Shown here one piece after another: positions 26,391-39,342 of a DNA stretch of 64,000 bases. The notes below the pieces were generated by a model. The model had not been told where the DNA came from. It was given only the letters and a program-made list of their open reading frames with translations, and did not search any database. The translations under genes and the position numbers were made by a program. The stretch comes from Octopus vulgaris (taxonomy: Eukaryota): positions 30,318,001 through 30,382,000 of the forward strand of contig OX597828.1 of assembly GCA_951406725.2 (NCBI GenBank), written 5' to 3'. Position 1 is the first letter of the stretch, and each line of letters begins with the position of its first letter.

Positions 26391-27355
26391 TTTGCGTCCT
26401 TTAAAGATGGCACGTGTGTGTACAGTTGCCTCAAGTAGATGTATGGAGCAGTGAGAGGGGGAAATGACCAGTTAACCGGCGGTGTTATTTGAAAGAGTTG
26501 TACCTGGTAGTAATATCCAGTATCATTAATGATAACAAATAACGCTATGTGAGTCTGTTAGATAAGTCCCTATGATTACAAATAATGCCATAGTTAAAAA
26601 TTGCGGACCCTCTTAAAAGTTTAAGTGCGATGTACCGTTACGTAAATCGGTATAATAAAGTGGTGTTATGTGTGGCCAGTGTTTACAACCCGCTAATATA
26701 ATTAGAACAAATCAACTCGGCTAGAATAGGGTAAATCACCCGTTTAATTATATATGTGCTAATGGTAACACTAGCAATTAGTATATTAGTCAGTGATCGA
26801 ACTTCAATGTGAATATATTAAAGAGAATTGTAGCTCCGGTTGTACATCGTGCATCTAAGATTAATAATTCAGTTAGTCGAAGTAAATTGAATATATTTTT
26901 AGTCTATGATATTATATCGTGCTATTTGGTAAGGGGCGGTCAAAAGGAGGTAATCAGAGGTTAGACGATTCAGCTAATAAAGTATTTTAAATTCACAAAT
27001 AAATGTAAAACTAAGAATGTAATCAACTATATTAACGGGTCGTAAATCCTGGTCACACATAACAACACTTTACTTATTATTATACCTATATACGTAACCC
27101 AAATTTATATCGTATATCGCACTTAAACTTTTAAGAGCCTCCTTAATTTTTAACTAGGGCCTTATTTGTAATCAAAGGGACTTATCTAGCGGACTCAAAT
27201 AGCGTTATTTGTTATGAATTATGATACTGGATATAACTACCAGGTATAAATCTTTCAACTAACACCACCGGTCAACTGGTCATTTTCCCACTCACTGCTT
27301 CATTCATCAACTTGAAGCAACTGTACACACATGTGCCATCTTTTAAGGACGCAAA
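26391..27355. mobile_element. Foldback-like element with ~310-330 bp inverted arms
   Basis: 26391-26700 is the imperfect reverse complement of 27028-27355. The ~327-bp spacer is non-coding and no TSD is seen. Confidence 0.8.
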
Positions 27356-27696
27356 CCCTGTCAATATTTTTCTTGTTTTCCTGTCTATTTTGATTTGTTC
27401 ATTTAGAGTCCAGTTAAGAATATTGTAGCTGTAACTTATAACTGGGACAGCTAGAGTGTTTATACATATTATCTCGTTTTTCACATTGAGCTCTAGTCTC
27501 AGTATCAAACCAACTCGTCCGTAGCATTCTTATCTTTATCTTCCCTTTTATTTGCGTGTTGTATGGTAACTAGTTCATTGATTCCTAAGTATTTGTATGT
27601 ATGGTTTGGGTCTAATTCTCTTATTTCATTTGCTTTATCTGGTGTAATGTTGTTACACTTAACTAGTTTTCCTATTTTGAATGTTGCTTTGGCGCA
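27356..27696 (-). pseudogene. R4/Dong-type LINE RT/thumb fragment (copy 1)
   Basis: Translates as CAKATFKIGKLV...TYKYLGINE...LNVKNEIICINTLAVPVISYSYNILNW...IDRKTRKILT. Confidence 0.85.
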
Positions 27697-28628
27697 GAGT
27701 TTTTTTAACTAATGCTGGCTTTTACTTGTCTATCTCATTTCTTCTCTGTCAAACCTTGCAGGCTATTGGCCATAGAAAGATTTATCTCTTGATTTTTTTT
27801 TTGTATTTCCGTTTTGTAGTTTTGTTTTTATATTGTTTTTTTTGTTCTTTGACCATTTCTAATATGCTGGCATCTGAGATCACCTACTTGTGTATAGAGA
27901 AAAAATTACCTTTTTTTTTCGTGTTACTTTATTACATACAGTAGTCATCCAGTTTCTAAGTATTTTTCTTGCCTGACTGTTGTTATTTGTAGTAGCTCTC
28001 TATCTGTATCAGGCCGCAACCTCCTTCTGGTCCGAGTAGATTTATTCGACCTGTGTCTGCTTTAGTGTGGTGACTTCGGTTTGTTTTTAATAGTTTTCTG
28101 TTTTTTTCTAAGTTTCTCAATTCACTGATCTTCCAATTTATTTTGTTGAAGCTGAAATGTTATGACTTGTATGGCTAGCGTGTTTATTCCTATTATCTTA
28201 CATTTAGCATTGAGTTTAGTGCTTAATATTAGTCTAACCCTCCTTTATGTTTCTCCTAATATTTTTCTTTCGTTTTAGATGTTTCTTCTATTCCTAGATA
28301 TACGTATGAACGACTTTGGTCTAATTTACTGATGTCTGTGTCGAATGCAGTGTTTGCAGTGCTTCTTAATTTGTCTCTTCTCGTTGACCCTTGGGCACAT
28401 TAGTCCAGTTCCATGCTCATCCCAATGTCCTTGTTTACACTATGAATACTTTTCAGAAGGCTTCTCTGTTCTGTGGTATATTTAATGAAAATGTTTAAAT
28501 CATTAATGCATAGTAGATGGTTGATTGTATATCTACAGCATCTATAACCCATGGTCATTTCATTGAGCAAGTGTGTTAGCGGGGTCATAGCAAAGCAGAA
28601 ACGTAGGGTGACAGGGAGTCTCTTTGAA
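27697..28628 (-). pseudogene. R4/Dong-type LINE reverse transcriptase fragment (copy 2)
   Basis: QRDSLSP (QGDSLSP), INHLLCINDL (ISHLLYMDDL), KDIGMSMELD, LNAKCKIIGINTLA and HHTKADTGR...EGGCGL, with stops and frameshifts. Confidence 0.88.
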
Positions 28629-28745
28629 TCATCATCATCATCATCATTCTTGTAGTTGTTGGTGTTGTTGTTGTTGTTGTTGTTGTTCTTCTTCTTCTTC
28701 TTCTTCTTCTTCTTTTTCTTCTTCTTTTTCTTCTACTTCTTCTTG
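28627..28745. repeat. Compound (ATC)n(GTT)n(CTT)n microsatellite
   Basis: Visible triplet arrays next to the Dong fragment. Confidence 0.95.
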
Positions 28746-28774
28746 TTAACCTGCTCCTGCTCTTGCTTCTACTA

Positions 28775-28944
28775 ACCCTTCCACCATCGACCTCAGTATT
28801 TCACTGGTACTTAATTTATCGACCCCCGAAAGGATGAAAGGTAAAGTGGACCTTGGTAGAATTTGAACTGAGAACGTTAAGACGGACGAAACACGTCGAT
28901 GCGTTTTGCCCGGCGTGCTAACGATTCTGCCAGTTCGCCGCCTT
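28775..28944 (-). mobile_element. SINE family B
   Basis: Ends ...CGGCGTGCTAACGATTCTGCCAGTTCGCCGCCTTA and contains the core GAAAGGATGAAAGG. Confidence 0.9.
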
Positions 28945-28995
28945 AGGTATCTCCTAATACAGAAATGAGTGAAGTGTTTTTATATATTTGCCTGT

Positions 28996-29069
<74 letters not shown>

Positions 29070-29611
29070 GGATATGGATATGGATATTTATATATATATA
29101 TATATACCTTAGTCCAGATTTACGGAGGAGTAAGAGAAAGAGTAGCATAATTGAAGGAAAAGGGGGAGAAAATAGGAATTCATTGAAGGAGAAGTAGTGA
29201 GAGTAATAACCTTGACACAGAGAGAGTGAAAGTAACAGCAATAGAGAAAAGAAAGGGTGATAGAGAAATAACAAAGGAAGGGGTGAAAAGAGCAGCGTTT
29301 CAATTCTGTGTGAGTATATGTGTGTGTATGTAAAAAGGAGCTATGTGAATGTTTATGTGTGTGTGTGTGTGTATGTGCGAGTGTGTATTTGCAATGGGAA
29401 TGGGATGGTGCTCGTTCAACGCTTAAAAGAAAAATCAAACAGCGTTTCAACACTTTTTGAGTATATGTCTGTACGTGTGTGCTTGTACAAGGGAAGTATG
29501 CGAATGTTTGTATGTGTGATTATTATGTACCTTATTTTATACCTTATTTGTAAATAAAAGACTACAATTAGCCGTCATTTTTGACGGCACCGGCTCACGT
29601 ATTTTTTTAAT

Positions 29612-29800
29612 AATGGCAAAACTTAGCGGAATTTCGTCCGTCTGCATATTCTGAGATCAAATTCCGCCGAGGTAGACTTTGCTTTTCATCTTTTGAGGTT
29701 GATAAATTTAGTACCAGTAAAATACCGGGGTCCTTGTAATTGACTAGTGCCGTGCCTCAGAATGTCAGGCCTTGTACCTTTAGTAGAAAGTATTATTTTT
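29612..29800 (+). mobile_element. SINE family B, 5'-truncated (tail type i)
   Basis: TTCTGAGATCAAATTCCGCCGAGGTAGACTTTGCTTTTCATC...GGCCTTGTACCTTTAGTAGAAAG. Confidence 0.85.
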
Positions 29801-29866
29801 ATTATTATTAGGCCTTCTGCCTACAGTACAAAGGATTATAATTATTAGTATTATTACAATCGTCGA

Positions 29867-30085
29867 TAAGGCGGCGAGCTGGCAGACTCGTTAACGCGCC
29901 GGGCTTAAATGCGTAGCGGTATTTCGCCCGTCGCTACGTTCTGAGTTCAATTTCCGTCGAGGTCGACTTTACCTTTCATCCTTTCAGGGTTGATAAATTA
30001 AGTACAATTAAAACACTGGGGTCGATGTCATAGCCTGATCCACTTCCCCAAAATGGCTGCACTTGTGGGAAAATTTGAAACTACT
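29867..30085 (+). mobile_element. SINE family B (tail type iii)
   Basis: TAAGGCGGCGAGCTGGCAGACTCGTTAAC...GTTCTGAGTTCAATTTCC...CCTTTCATCCTTTCAGGGTTGATAAATTAAGTAC. Confidence 0.9.
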
Positions 30086-30809
30086 ATTAGAATCTCCCAT
30101 CTTTGTGTTCTGATTTCAAATTTCGCCGAGGTCACTTTTTCTATACATCCTTTCAGTTTTTAATTCCTTCTGTATTCTTAATTCTTTATTTACCACATGG
30201 ACGTATTTCTCTTAATCAAAATTTTAAAAGGGTGCATTTTAATTCTATAAAATATCTACAATTTGAATCATTTGCTATGAAATAAACAAAGCTGTCAGTC
30301 CTTATAAGGATTTGCCGCCTCTTCTATCATGAAAGAACTAGAGTGTCTTTAATTGTATCTCTTGAAAAGTTACAAAGTAAATAAAACTTGTTTATAATAA
30401 AAATTATAAATTATGTGTGAAAAGTCATTATCAAATGTTATCAGTTTTCGCCACAATATCAAAGTAAATTCTGCTGGCGTCTAGAATCCTGGACTTCAAA
30501 CAAATTTCATTTTTTTCTCTTTGTTTTTTGTGCGCGTGTCTTTGTTCTTCACAGTCAATCAACCATTTTGATTGTTACACTTTAAATTTTGATACGTCTC
30601 AGACTCAGTGTTTATACACTTGTTCACTACTTGCTGAATTGAAAACAATATTTAAAGCTTCTAAATCGAGAACGAATCCGGCTTATGCTCACTAAATTCA
30701 CGAATAAATATTACAGAAAAATAATAAGTAAATTGTTTGAATTTCCCAAGATATGGATATATAAATGAAGCAATGTTTAGAAATACGATCAAACATAACA
30801 AAATTTACA

Positions 30810-31013
30810 CAGTAATCCTCCGACTATCGCGGGTGTTACGTCTCAAAACCTCCCATAGAAATAATTAAAATCTAAAATTATAAATACCTACGCTCGCAGA
30901 AACCCGCGAAATACTGAGGAGTCCGAGATATAAAATTACATATATTAGCCAGAAAAATCCGCGATGTATTGAGTGAGCGATAGGTGAACCGTGATAAAAG
31001 AGACACTCATACT
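30810..31013. mobile_element. pogo/Tigger-like MITE remnant
   Basis: The left end CAGTAATCCTCCGACTATCGCGGG resembles Tigger TIRs, with internal repeated CCGCGA motifs. The right TIR is decayed. Confidence 0.55.
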
Positions 31014-31296
31014 ATGAAGAAATAAGTATTTGTAATGATGATGTGGGCATGGTTGTAGATGGCCGAGGTAAATTCTATTTTGCTTGATTCAGTATGATTT
31101 TCGTTCTATTCCATTGGTGATTATGACATTTTTTTGTGGATTGCATGGGAAACATGTTCTCAGACAATCATAGAGAAATGCTTCTCATTTTCATTTTAAA
31201 ATGCAAGACTGCATATTCTTATAATGTTCATCTCCTTGAAAGAAGCGTCTCGTCTGGCAAAATTTATTGCATGGAAGATAGCCACGTATTGCATAT

Positions 31297-31511
31297 TCTT
31301 TTCTACTCTAGGTACAAGTCCTGAAATTTCGGGGGAGGGGGCCAGTCATTTAGATCGGCCCCAGTATGCAACTGGTACTTAATTTATCGACACCGAAATG
31401 ATGACAGGCAAAATCGACCTCGGCGGAATTTGAACTCAGAAGGTAAAGACAGACGAAATACTGCTAAGCACTTCGCCCGGCGTGCTAAATTTTCTGCCAG
31501 TTCGCCGCCTT
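31297..31511 (-). mobile_element. SINE family B (tail type i)
   Basis: A full-length reverse-complement match to 60051-60270. Confidence 0.9.
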
Positions 31512-32306
31512 TCATGCATTGGATATTGATTTGAACTGAAGAGATCGTGAACAATTTCTACGTTTACGTTGCTCATGTAACTATATTGTGTTGAAAGTTA
31601 TGATAGTAACAACTATAGCAAAGACAAGAATATAAAGGCCTTCCCCCAATCCCGGATTATGACGCAATTTTGTAACTGGTATGTTTTCCTAAGAGATGTT
31701 ATCATACCAAAAACAATACAGCACGCAGAACAGTCCCGATGATATCGTAATTCAAGACATGCTCATCACATCGCAATGCCGTTACCACATGTTATATAAA
31801 TTACAAAGAAATTAAAAATGTAATACGATAATATACATTTCGTCTCGTGAGAATATATACAGAAACCAAACATAACTTTTGGTCATAGAGATTTGTCAAT
31901 GTTGTTTAGCGTCTGAATGGGTAGACTTATGACTGAAGTTGTGCAAATTACGGATATTCTGTACTTTGTGCATAAATAGAAAACAGCAAATATCATTCTC
32001 CAATGTGTCTTATAACCATAAATATTGCGGATGTGTGGTGAGGCTTCATTTGATGATTACAGGTTTGTATTGCAATATTGCCCGGAGGTCATTCTCAGTT
32101 AATGTTAACATTTGTCTGCTGGGAAGCCTTCATTTTTCAGATTAATCGAAAAAGAAGACCGAAACATAACCAGCCCACATTATAGCTGATCAGAAACACA
32201 CGATCAAATGTCTTCCTTTTTAAATCTTTTCTAAAAAAAAAGGATGTGATAGGAGGGGGATTAAGTATTAAATTTAGCCTCACAGCATCAGCCATCACAA
32301 CATGTA

Positions 32307-32868
32307 CGAGGGTGAGTCAAAAAGTAATAACATTTTCTTTATTTCATGTGAAGTTTTTGATAAAAATAACTGAAAATTTTCCCAGTTATAAATGATTATA
32401 TCATTTACGTTCTGAAATATTTTGTTTCTTCCTTTTCAGGCTTTTATACTGGTAAGGAAAATTCAAAATGGCTGCCCCCTTAGAGTTACGTTCAAAAGAG
32501 CAGTTACTGAATTGCTTGTTGCTGACATGGTCAATACCTGCACTCACCAGATTTAGCGCCATCAGACTATCATCACTTCGGCCCCGTGAAAGAGGGTTTG
32601 AGAGGTAAACGTTATTCCAGTGACGAGGAAGTGAAAACTGTAGTGAAGAAGTGGCTCAAAGAACAGTCAGCAAAATTTTACGGGGCAAGGATACATGCTC
32701 TCATTCAAAGGTGGAACACTGCTATTGAGAGAAACGGCGACTATGTTGAGGAGCAATAATATGATCCACAGATGACCAGCTTCATTCTGATGTATGATAC
32801 ATGTTCCTGTGTCGGTAATTATACCTCTCCTAAAAAAAAAAATGGCATTACTTTTTGACTCAGCCTCG
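32307..32868 (+). mobile_element. Internally deleted mariner element with TIRs and TA TSD
   Basis: TA|CGAGGGTGAGTCAAAAAGTAAT ... ATTACTTTTTGACTCAGCCTCG|TA. The internal frame reads HSPDLAPSDYHHFGPVKEGLRGKRYSSDEEVKTVVKKWL...NGDYVEEQ*. Confidence 0.95.
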
Positions 32869-33074
32869 TATTTCTTATTAAGCACGTTTGCATCATGTTA
32901 TATTTTATATTAATTCTTTCCTACTTTACATTAGAGTTTACATCGTTTGTAAGAAAGAATTTCAAGTGCCTTGTGGTTCATTTAGCTGAAAGACTGCTCG
33001 AAGTATATTAATAGTAAAGCATATATAGATAAACTCATGCATCCATACATACACATCTTGAAACACTATGCATA

Positions 33075-33140
<66 letters not shown>

Positions 33141-33187
33141 TTGTCTAATTTATATATGCACTTACACAGACACACAGACACGCACAC

Positions 33188-33230
<43 letters not shown>

Positions 33231-33414
33231 TACACGCTCAAACATGTATTATCTGTAGGTTATCATGGCTACGAATGGTCTTAGGTAGAGAAAAAACATC
33301 TCGAAAAATTGTTGAGAGATTTCTCTAGCCTTCTTATCACACAAATAAAAAAATGCTAATCTACTAACGCTGTGTTGAGCACTCGTTCTCACTGTTCTAT
33401 ATTAAATGTGTATA

Positions 33415-33421
33415 TATTATT

Positions 33422-33491
<70 letters not shown>

Positions 33492-33507
33492 TTATTATTA
33501 TTATTCA

Positions 33508-33573
<66 letters not shown>

Positions 33574-33603
33574 CATTATTATTATTATCATTATTATTAT
33601 TTT
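33415..33603. repeat. (TCA)n(TTA)n microsatellite
   Basis: Visible tandem repeat. Confidence 0.95.
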
Positions 33604-34378
33604 ATAGCTGTAAATCGTCCATTAATGATGTTCACTAGACTCGCGTGAAGCTAATTCTCACCATAGCAATCACACTATCAACCACGAACGCAGTACTTGC
33701 TTTTATTTTATGCAATCATTATCAACTAAGAAGCTAAAACCACTTTTCGGTTTAATTAATTACGTTCACAGGTGATATTCGCCACGTAATTGGGTTGAAT
33801 TTTGATATTTCGTTACTGAAATTTGAGTGAATCATGTGCAATATTCTCTCCTTCAGTATTTTCAAGTGTCTTGGTATTTGTGTTTACGAGTATTTTCCGC
33901 GTAAAGTCTGCACCATATGTGCATATTTCCGCAACTATACACACTTTCCCCACCGTCCACACAAAGCATAGACATACACAGACAAACATAGACACACACA
34001 CACACAGAAACAATCACATGCACATACACACACACAAGCACATACACAGACACACAGAGAGACACGCACAGAGAGACACGCACAGAGAAACAAACACATT
34101 GACGCACACAAACACAGACACACACATAACGGCTAGATAAAAATTGGAACCACCCTATGTTCTTTGCCCAAGATTATATAACACACAACTCAGTCCTATG
34201 ATTTTCTTTCCTTTCTTACGCTAGTTGCACGTTTCACGTCAAGAAAGATATATCAAATCATTCATGTAAATGATAGATATCTATGTACTATTTACGTATA
34301 TGCTTTATCCATTGTGTAACACTGAAAAAGTATTATTGTAATAATAATGGCGTTATTATTGCAATAATACTATTTATA

Positions 34379-34582
34379 GTTGAGCTGGCTGAAACGTTAC
34401 CAAACCGGGCGAAATGCCGTTCTGAGTTCAAAATCCGCTGAGGTCGACTTTGCCTTTCATCCTTTCGTCGTTGATTAAATAAGTACCAGTTACACACTGG
34501 AGTCGATGTAATTGAATTAATCCCTTTTGTCTGTCCTTGCTTGTCTCCTCTATGTGAGCCCCCTGTGGGTAATAAAGAAATA
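34379..34582 (+). mobile_element. SINE family B (tail type ii) with 16-bp TSD
   Basis: Family B head and core, flanked by AATAATACTATTTATA at 34363-34378 and 34583-34598. Confidence 0.92.
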
Positions 34583-35914
34583 AATAATACTATTTATATC
34601 TTGTTTGTTTCGAGCTATTTTTTCTTTTTATTAATCATATTAATTATAATTTAGTTCATTATTGCAGTTATCATTCTTTTTTTTTCTTCCTATAAAGCAC
34701 CATGCCTTTAGTGTTATAATTGTCATTATCATCTTTCCTTCTCTTGAATAACATGTTGATATTATTAATCAATCGTGTGTCAGATTTGGCACAACAACAG
34801 ATATTATATAAGTCAATAAATATCTTTAATGGTTAACAGCAACTTCATTTGAGTTTTGAATTTTTTAATGAAGTATTTCAAACTGTCCTCTATTCATAAC
34901 TAAATTTAGAATAGCTACGGCCCAATAATACTAATACTTGTATACATATATTATTAATTGCTTTGTTCTGTCTCTAATATTATACGTTTTTTCTTGCCTT
35001 ATCTGTAATATCTTAGTTTGATATAATCTTTTGTTATATTTATCCTCCATGGTTATCTATTTATATTTCGGTTTTCACAATTCCTATTCATTACACGCTA
35101 CGTTCTATTTTCTATTTTCCTTTAATTTTATATTTTCAGAATTTTATGCTTTTATACATGCTTTCATAAGTTATACATGTTTGATTTTGTATTGTTTTAT
35201 TTCCTGGCAATTCATTTTTATTAATTCCTTTATTGTTTATTATTCCAAATTAATTTTCTGTACTTTGAGGTCTTTTGCATTATACTCCTTATCGCCTGAT
35301 CGGGGTATCATCATCTGAAATTTCATTTTCCTAATCTCTTATTTATCTTTACTTGTCTTTTTATTCATATTCATTTGTTTTAATTTTGACGTACATTTTG
35401 GAATTTTACATTCCGTTTTTACACTTTTATATCCATATAATTTTGAATACCTTTAATTCTTAGTTTCCTTCTTGTAAATATAACTCATAGCTACTGCAAT
35501 ATTTTGTATTTTGCTTCATATTGATTCTATAGTATATAAAGTCAATATTTTCAACTTGTTTTTATCTTTGCATATTTTGATCCTATGAGAGGGGTATCTA
35601 TCATTATCAGATTATTAAAACAATTGTCATGAAGGATTGAAAATGTGGTTAGTTCAGCTGCCTGGAGTGCTTTTTCTACACTAAAGACCGGATACAGATT
35701 ATGTAATTTTGGTAAATGTTGAGCGTGCATTGAAAGTATTTAAGAAGACAATGTGGTCAAATTTTGTCTTGTAATTAGAATGGTAAAGTTTCGTGCATTT
35801 TCACACTTCGTCAAATATGTGTGTGTGCATATATATATGTATGTATGTATATATGTGTGAATGTATATATGTATATGTATGTATGTACATGTACATCTTT
35901 CTCTCTTTCTCTCT

Positions 35915-36045
35915 AGCGGTTCGGCAAAAGAGACCGATAGAATAAGTACTGGGCTTACAAAGAATAAGTCCCGGGGTCGATTTGCTCGACTAAAGGCGGT
36001 GCTCCAGCATGGCCGCAGTCAAATGACTGAAACAAGTACAAAAAA
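35915..36045 (+). mobile_element. SINE family C tail, well preserved
   Basis: AGCGGTTCGGCAAAAGAGACCGATAGAATAAGTACT...CAGCATGGCCGCAGTCAAATGACTGAAACAAG. Confidence 0.88.
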
Positions 36046-36844
36046 AAATATGTATGTACATATACATATATACTGATATATTTACACACATATATAATAT
36101 ATATATATATATATGTGACTGTACAGAACATATATACATATATTTCGATATTTGGATGTAATATGAGTGTATATGTTTCCACGTATGACTCTATATTAAT
36201 GCGAATCTGCAAGTTTGGAGAGAGCATAAAAAGAATGATTTATATTATGATCAAAATCGTTCAACTTTCCTTATCTAATTAAAATATATCAATTTTAACG
36301 TTTTCTTTGAACTCTCACACTCGCTTTTCCCATTGCTCCCATTTTCTCCCTCCCTCTCTCCACTCTCTCTCTCTCTCTATCTGCTATTCTCTTAATCAAC
36401 ACGTATATAATGTTTATTTCTTAATATTTCGTTCCATTTTATTTTATTCTGCAGCTATCTCTAAAAAAAAAAGAAAAAGGTAATACATTTTTTCCATGAT
36501 TGTTATCCTCTTTGATCTCTCCAGCGCAAGCTATTTCGTTTCTGAAGTTTAATTTGTGTACATCTACAATGCGTCAATTAATGTCGCATTCCATAATATC
36601 CTGTCGCCTCGAGAGCACACTTATTCGTTGATTAGAGGACATTGACTTGTAGCCAGTGTTTGCGCATCCAAAAACTGAAAATTCAAAATACTTCAAATAT
36701 AGTCAAGTAGAATATTTCGAAAAAAAAAAAAAATAATAATCTTCTTGCTTCTTTTGTATGTTATCACAAAGTTATTTTCTCAAATACAGCATTGATAAAT
36801 AACTGGCATCCGTTGTAATTTAAATATTGATGGTAACTATGATG

Positions 36845-37740
36845 TATGGGTACCCAAAAGTAAACGGAAACGTTCTCTGTAGGACAAGCCCCCCTGTATT
36901 TCAGGTTTTCGCAGCTGGAAGTCACTTGATGCAACTCTTAGGCATCTGTCTACTGACCGACGTGATCAGAGCTGCGGTGTAAAGCTACATGGTACTACAT
37001 GGTGGCTGAAACGAATGCACAGCGTGATTCCCTGATATTCTGGTCTTCACTGGGGAAAACGGCGGCCGAAATAGTTGTAATGCTTCAAACATGTTACAAG
37101 GACGCTGCCTCGAGCAAGGCACACGCTTACGAGTGGTTTCCATGCTTTGGGTATGCGCATTTTTAGTTTGAAGACCGACTTTGCTCAAGGCGACCTTACA
37201 CCTCCCGAACGAATGAAAACATCACGAAAATTCATGAGGAACGTCGTCGAGCAATTGACTAACTTTTTATTATAACCGCCGTGTCCTGGAGCTCCTGCGA
37301 ACGACTTTTCAGCGAGAAATTACGAATGAAAAGAGCTGCAGCGAAATGTCTGAATGCGAGTCGTGAACTGAAGGCACAACTGGAAGTTGATCCGAACCTA
37401 TTTTCGGAGGTCTCCATTGGTGACGAAAACCAGTGCTGCGGCTACGACCCGGAAACGAAGCGGCAATCAAGCTAATGGAATCATTCAAATATCACCGCGA
37501 CCCACGACGTGCGTCAAGTGAACTCCAATGTCAAGATGCTGCGGATTTGTTTCATCGATGCGAAAGGAGCTGTGCACAGAAAAGTTGTTCCTCCAACTCA
37601 AACTGTTAATCAGACATTTTACATGACATTACGGAAGCGCTTACGAGACACGCTGAGACAAAAAGGCCCCAGACCAGTGGAAAAGTGCAGAGTGGTAGTT
37701 TTATCACAATAAAAATGCCTACGCACACCACATTAAATGT
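36845..37740 (+). mobile_element. Decayed mariner (irritans-like), 3'-truncated
   Basis: IGDENQCCGYDPETKRQSS (TGDETWxYxYDPETKxQS), RQVNSNVKMLRICFIDAKGAVH...QTVNQTFY and HNKNAYAH (HHDNAPAH). TIR-like GGGTACCCAAAAGTAAACGGAA. Confidence 0.88.
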
Positions 37741-37744
37741 GAGG

Positions 37745-38560
37745 TTTTTGAGCAAAAGTTGCACGATCCCATTAACCTTAGCTTTATAATCGACTGAGTT
37801 TATCATGTACGGAGTTTATCAAGCGGATAAATTCCAGGATTTTGACAGTTACAACTGGAAGTGGGAACACGGTAGTATTTACCAGTTATGATGTTCTTGA
37901 TATTGGGGCAGCAGCTAGATGATAATGTAACAGAGCGTCCTTTAACTATCTTTCTGTATTCGTGAATTTCTGGGAAAATCTTATCGGGAAGAGACAGGAG
38001 TCTTATACCGACTTGAGCTTTAATATTTAGGTAATAGGGGGCGAACCAAATTATTTTCCTGGATATTTTATTAGGTGTTCTGTTTTTATTCATGTTATGA
38101 CTAGGAGAGTCGTAATATATCTCTCGAAGCTACTCATAGCTAGGGCATTGCTATAGTAAGGTGCTGACTTATCAAAAATGTCTTTAGAAAATGAGTGATT
38201 GGACATAATGTGGCTAATGCTACCAAACAGGTTTTAAAACATTAATGGAGTGTGGATCGGCTGTTTATATAGTTATGAACATTTTTCGTTTGGATTGTGG
38301 TACAGTTTATAAGAGTGAGAGTTGAAATCGAAGAAAACATCAAAAGTATCGACTTTTGACAGCTTAGCACTAACAGTAATTTTGTGGCATGATTCACTAA
38401 AAGTAGGGTTGAGTTTTTAAATAAATTTATCAAGAGTGTGACCATCAAAGCCCTATGCTTGCCCTTTAAACTCTTAAAGGAATCTATTACACTATTGCTA
38501 TAATCCAGATGTTGTAACACAGTAGTCACTCTGATTCTGATATTAATATTCCTTATTTAA
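37745..38560 (-). pseudogene. Penelope-like element fragment (RT thumb to linker before GIY-YIG)
   Basis: ORF 37803-38093 RKIIWFAPYYLNIKAQVG...DKIFP...SSSCCPNIKNII...CNCQNPGIYPL matches the PLE linker RxIIWFNPPY...DKHFP...SYSCxPN...CNC..CPL. Confidence 0.8.
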
Positions 38561-39198
38561 CAATCTACAATAAGTATATATTAGGTTTGTGATCTTTGAG
38601 ATATATAAAAACTTCCCTTTTTGCTAAGCATTCTAATCTATCGTCGATTCTGTGATGCTTAGAGATGAATTTAGGCTAAAATCATTGTATCTATCTATTC
38701 TAGATTCTTATATTAAATGAAATTATTGGTGTCACTCATCAAGGAACCATATATATGAGTGCAATCAGGTTCTTTGTCTAATCAGAAAGTAGGAACTTGT
38801 TTTCAGAGCTTCTAATGTTTCTAATATCAAATATTAGGTTGACTTAAATACAGTTATAGCATATACGGAATCTAATATCGGTAAACAAATCAAAGAGATC
38901 TGCCTCAAAACAGGCAAAATATTTTATACTAGTAAGGCATTTATGTATCTTTAATTCATAACATTCAGTAGGAGTGGAAAAACAACCCTACTATCAATCC
39001 GTCTCACTAGGACTAATTTTCTGGAGAGGCATCCTTAGGTTTAGGTTACTCAGTTGTGCAGGTATATACCTATTAGAGTAATCCACGTAATATAAGTCTA
39101 TAGAAGTATGTAAATTGATAAAATCTTTAGAGTAAACATATGTATGTATCTATCTACCTAGTATATACATGTATATACATGTATGGAAATAACAGCCG

Positions 39199-39229
<31 letters not shown>

Positions 39230-39233
39230 GTCA

Positions 39234-39303
<70 letters not shown>

Positions 39304-39308
39304 ATATT

Positions 39309-39342
<34 letters not shown>

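Noticed and set aside
33372-33648. Poly-His/poly-Tyr/poly-Leu ORFs
   Set aside because: Translations of the (TCA)n(TTA)n microsatellite.
35290-35325. CTGAT...GAAA hammerhead-like fragment
   Set aside because: The core is incomplete and no stems can form.
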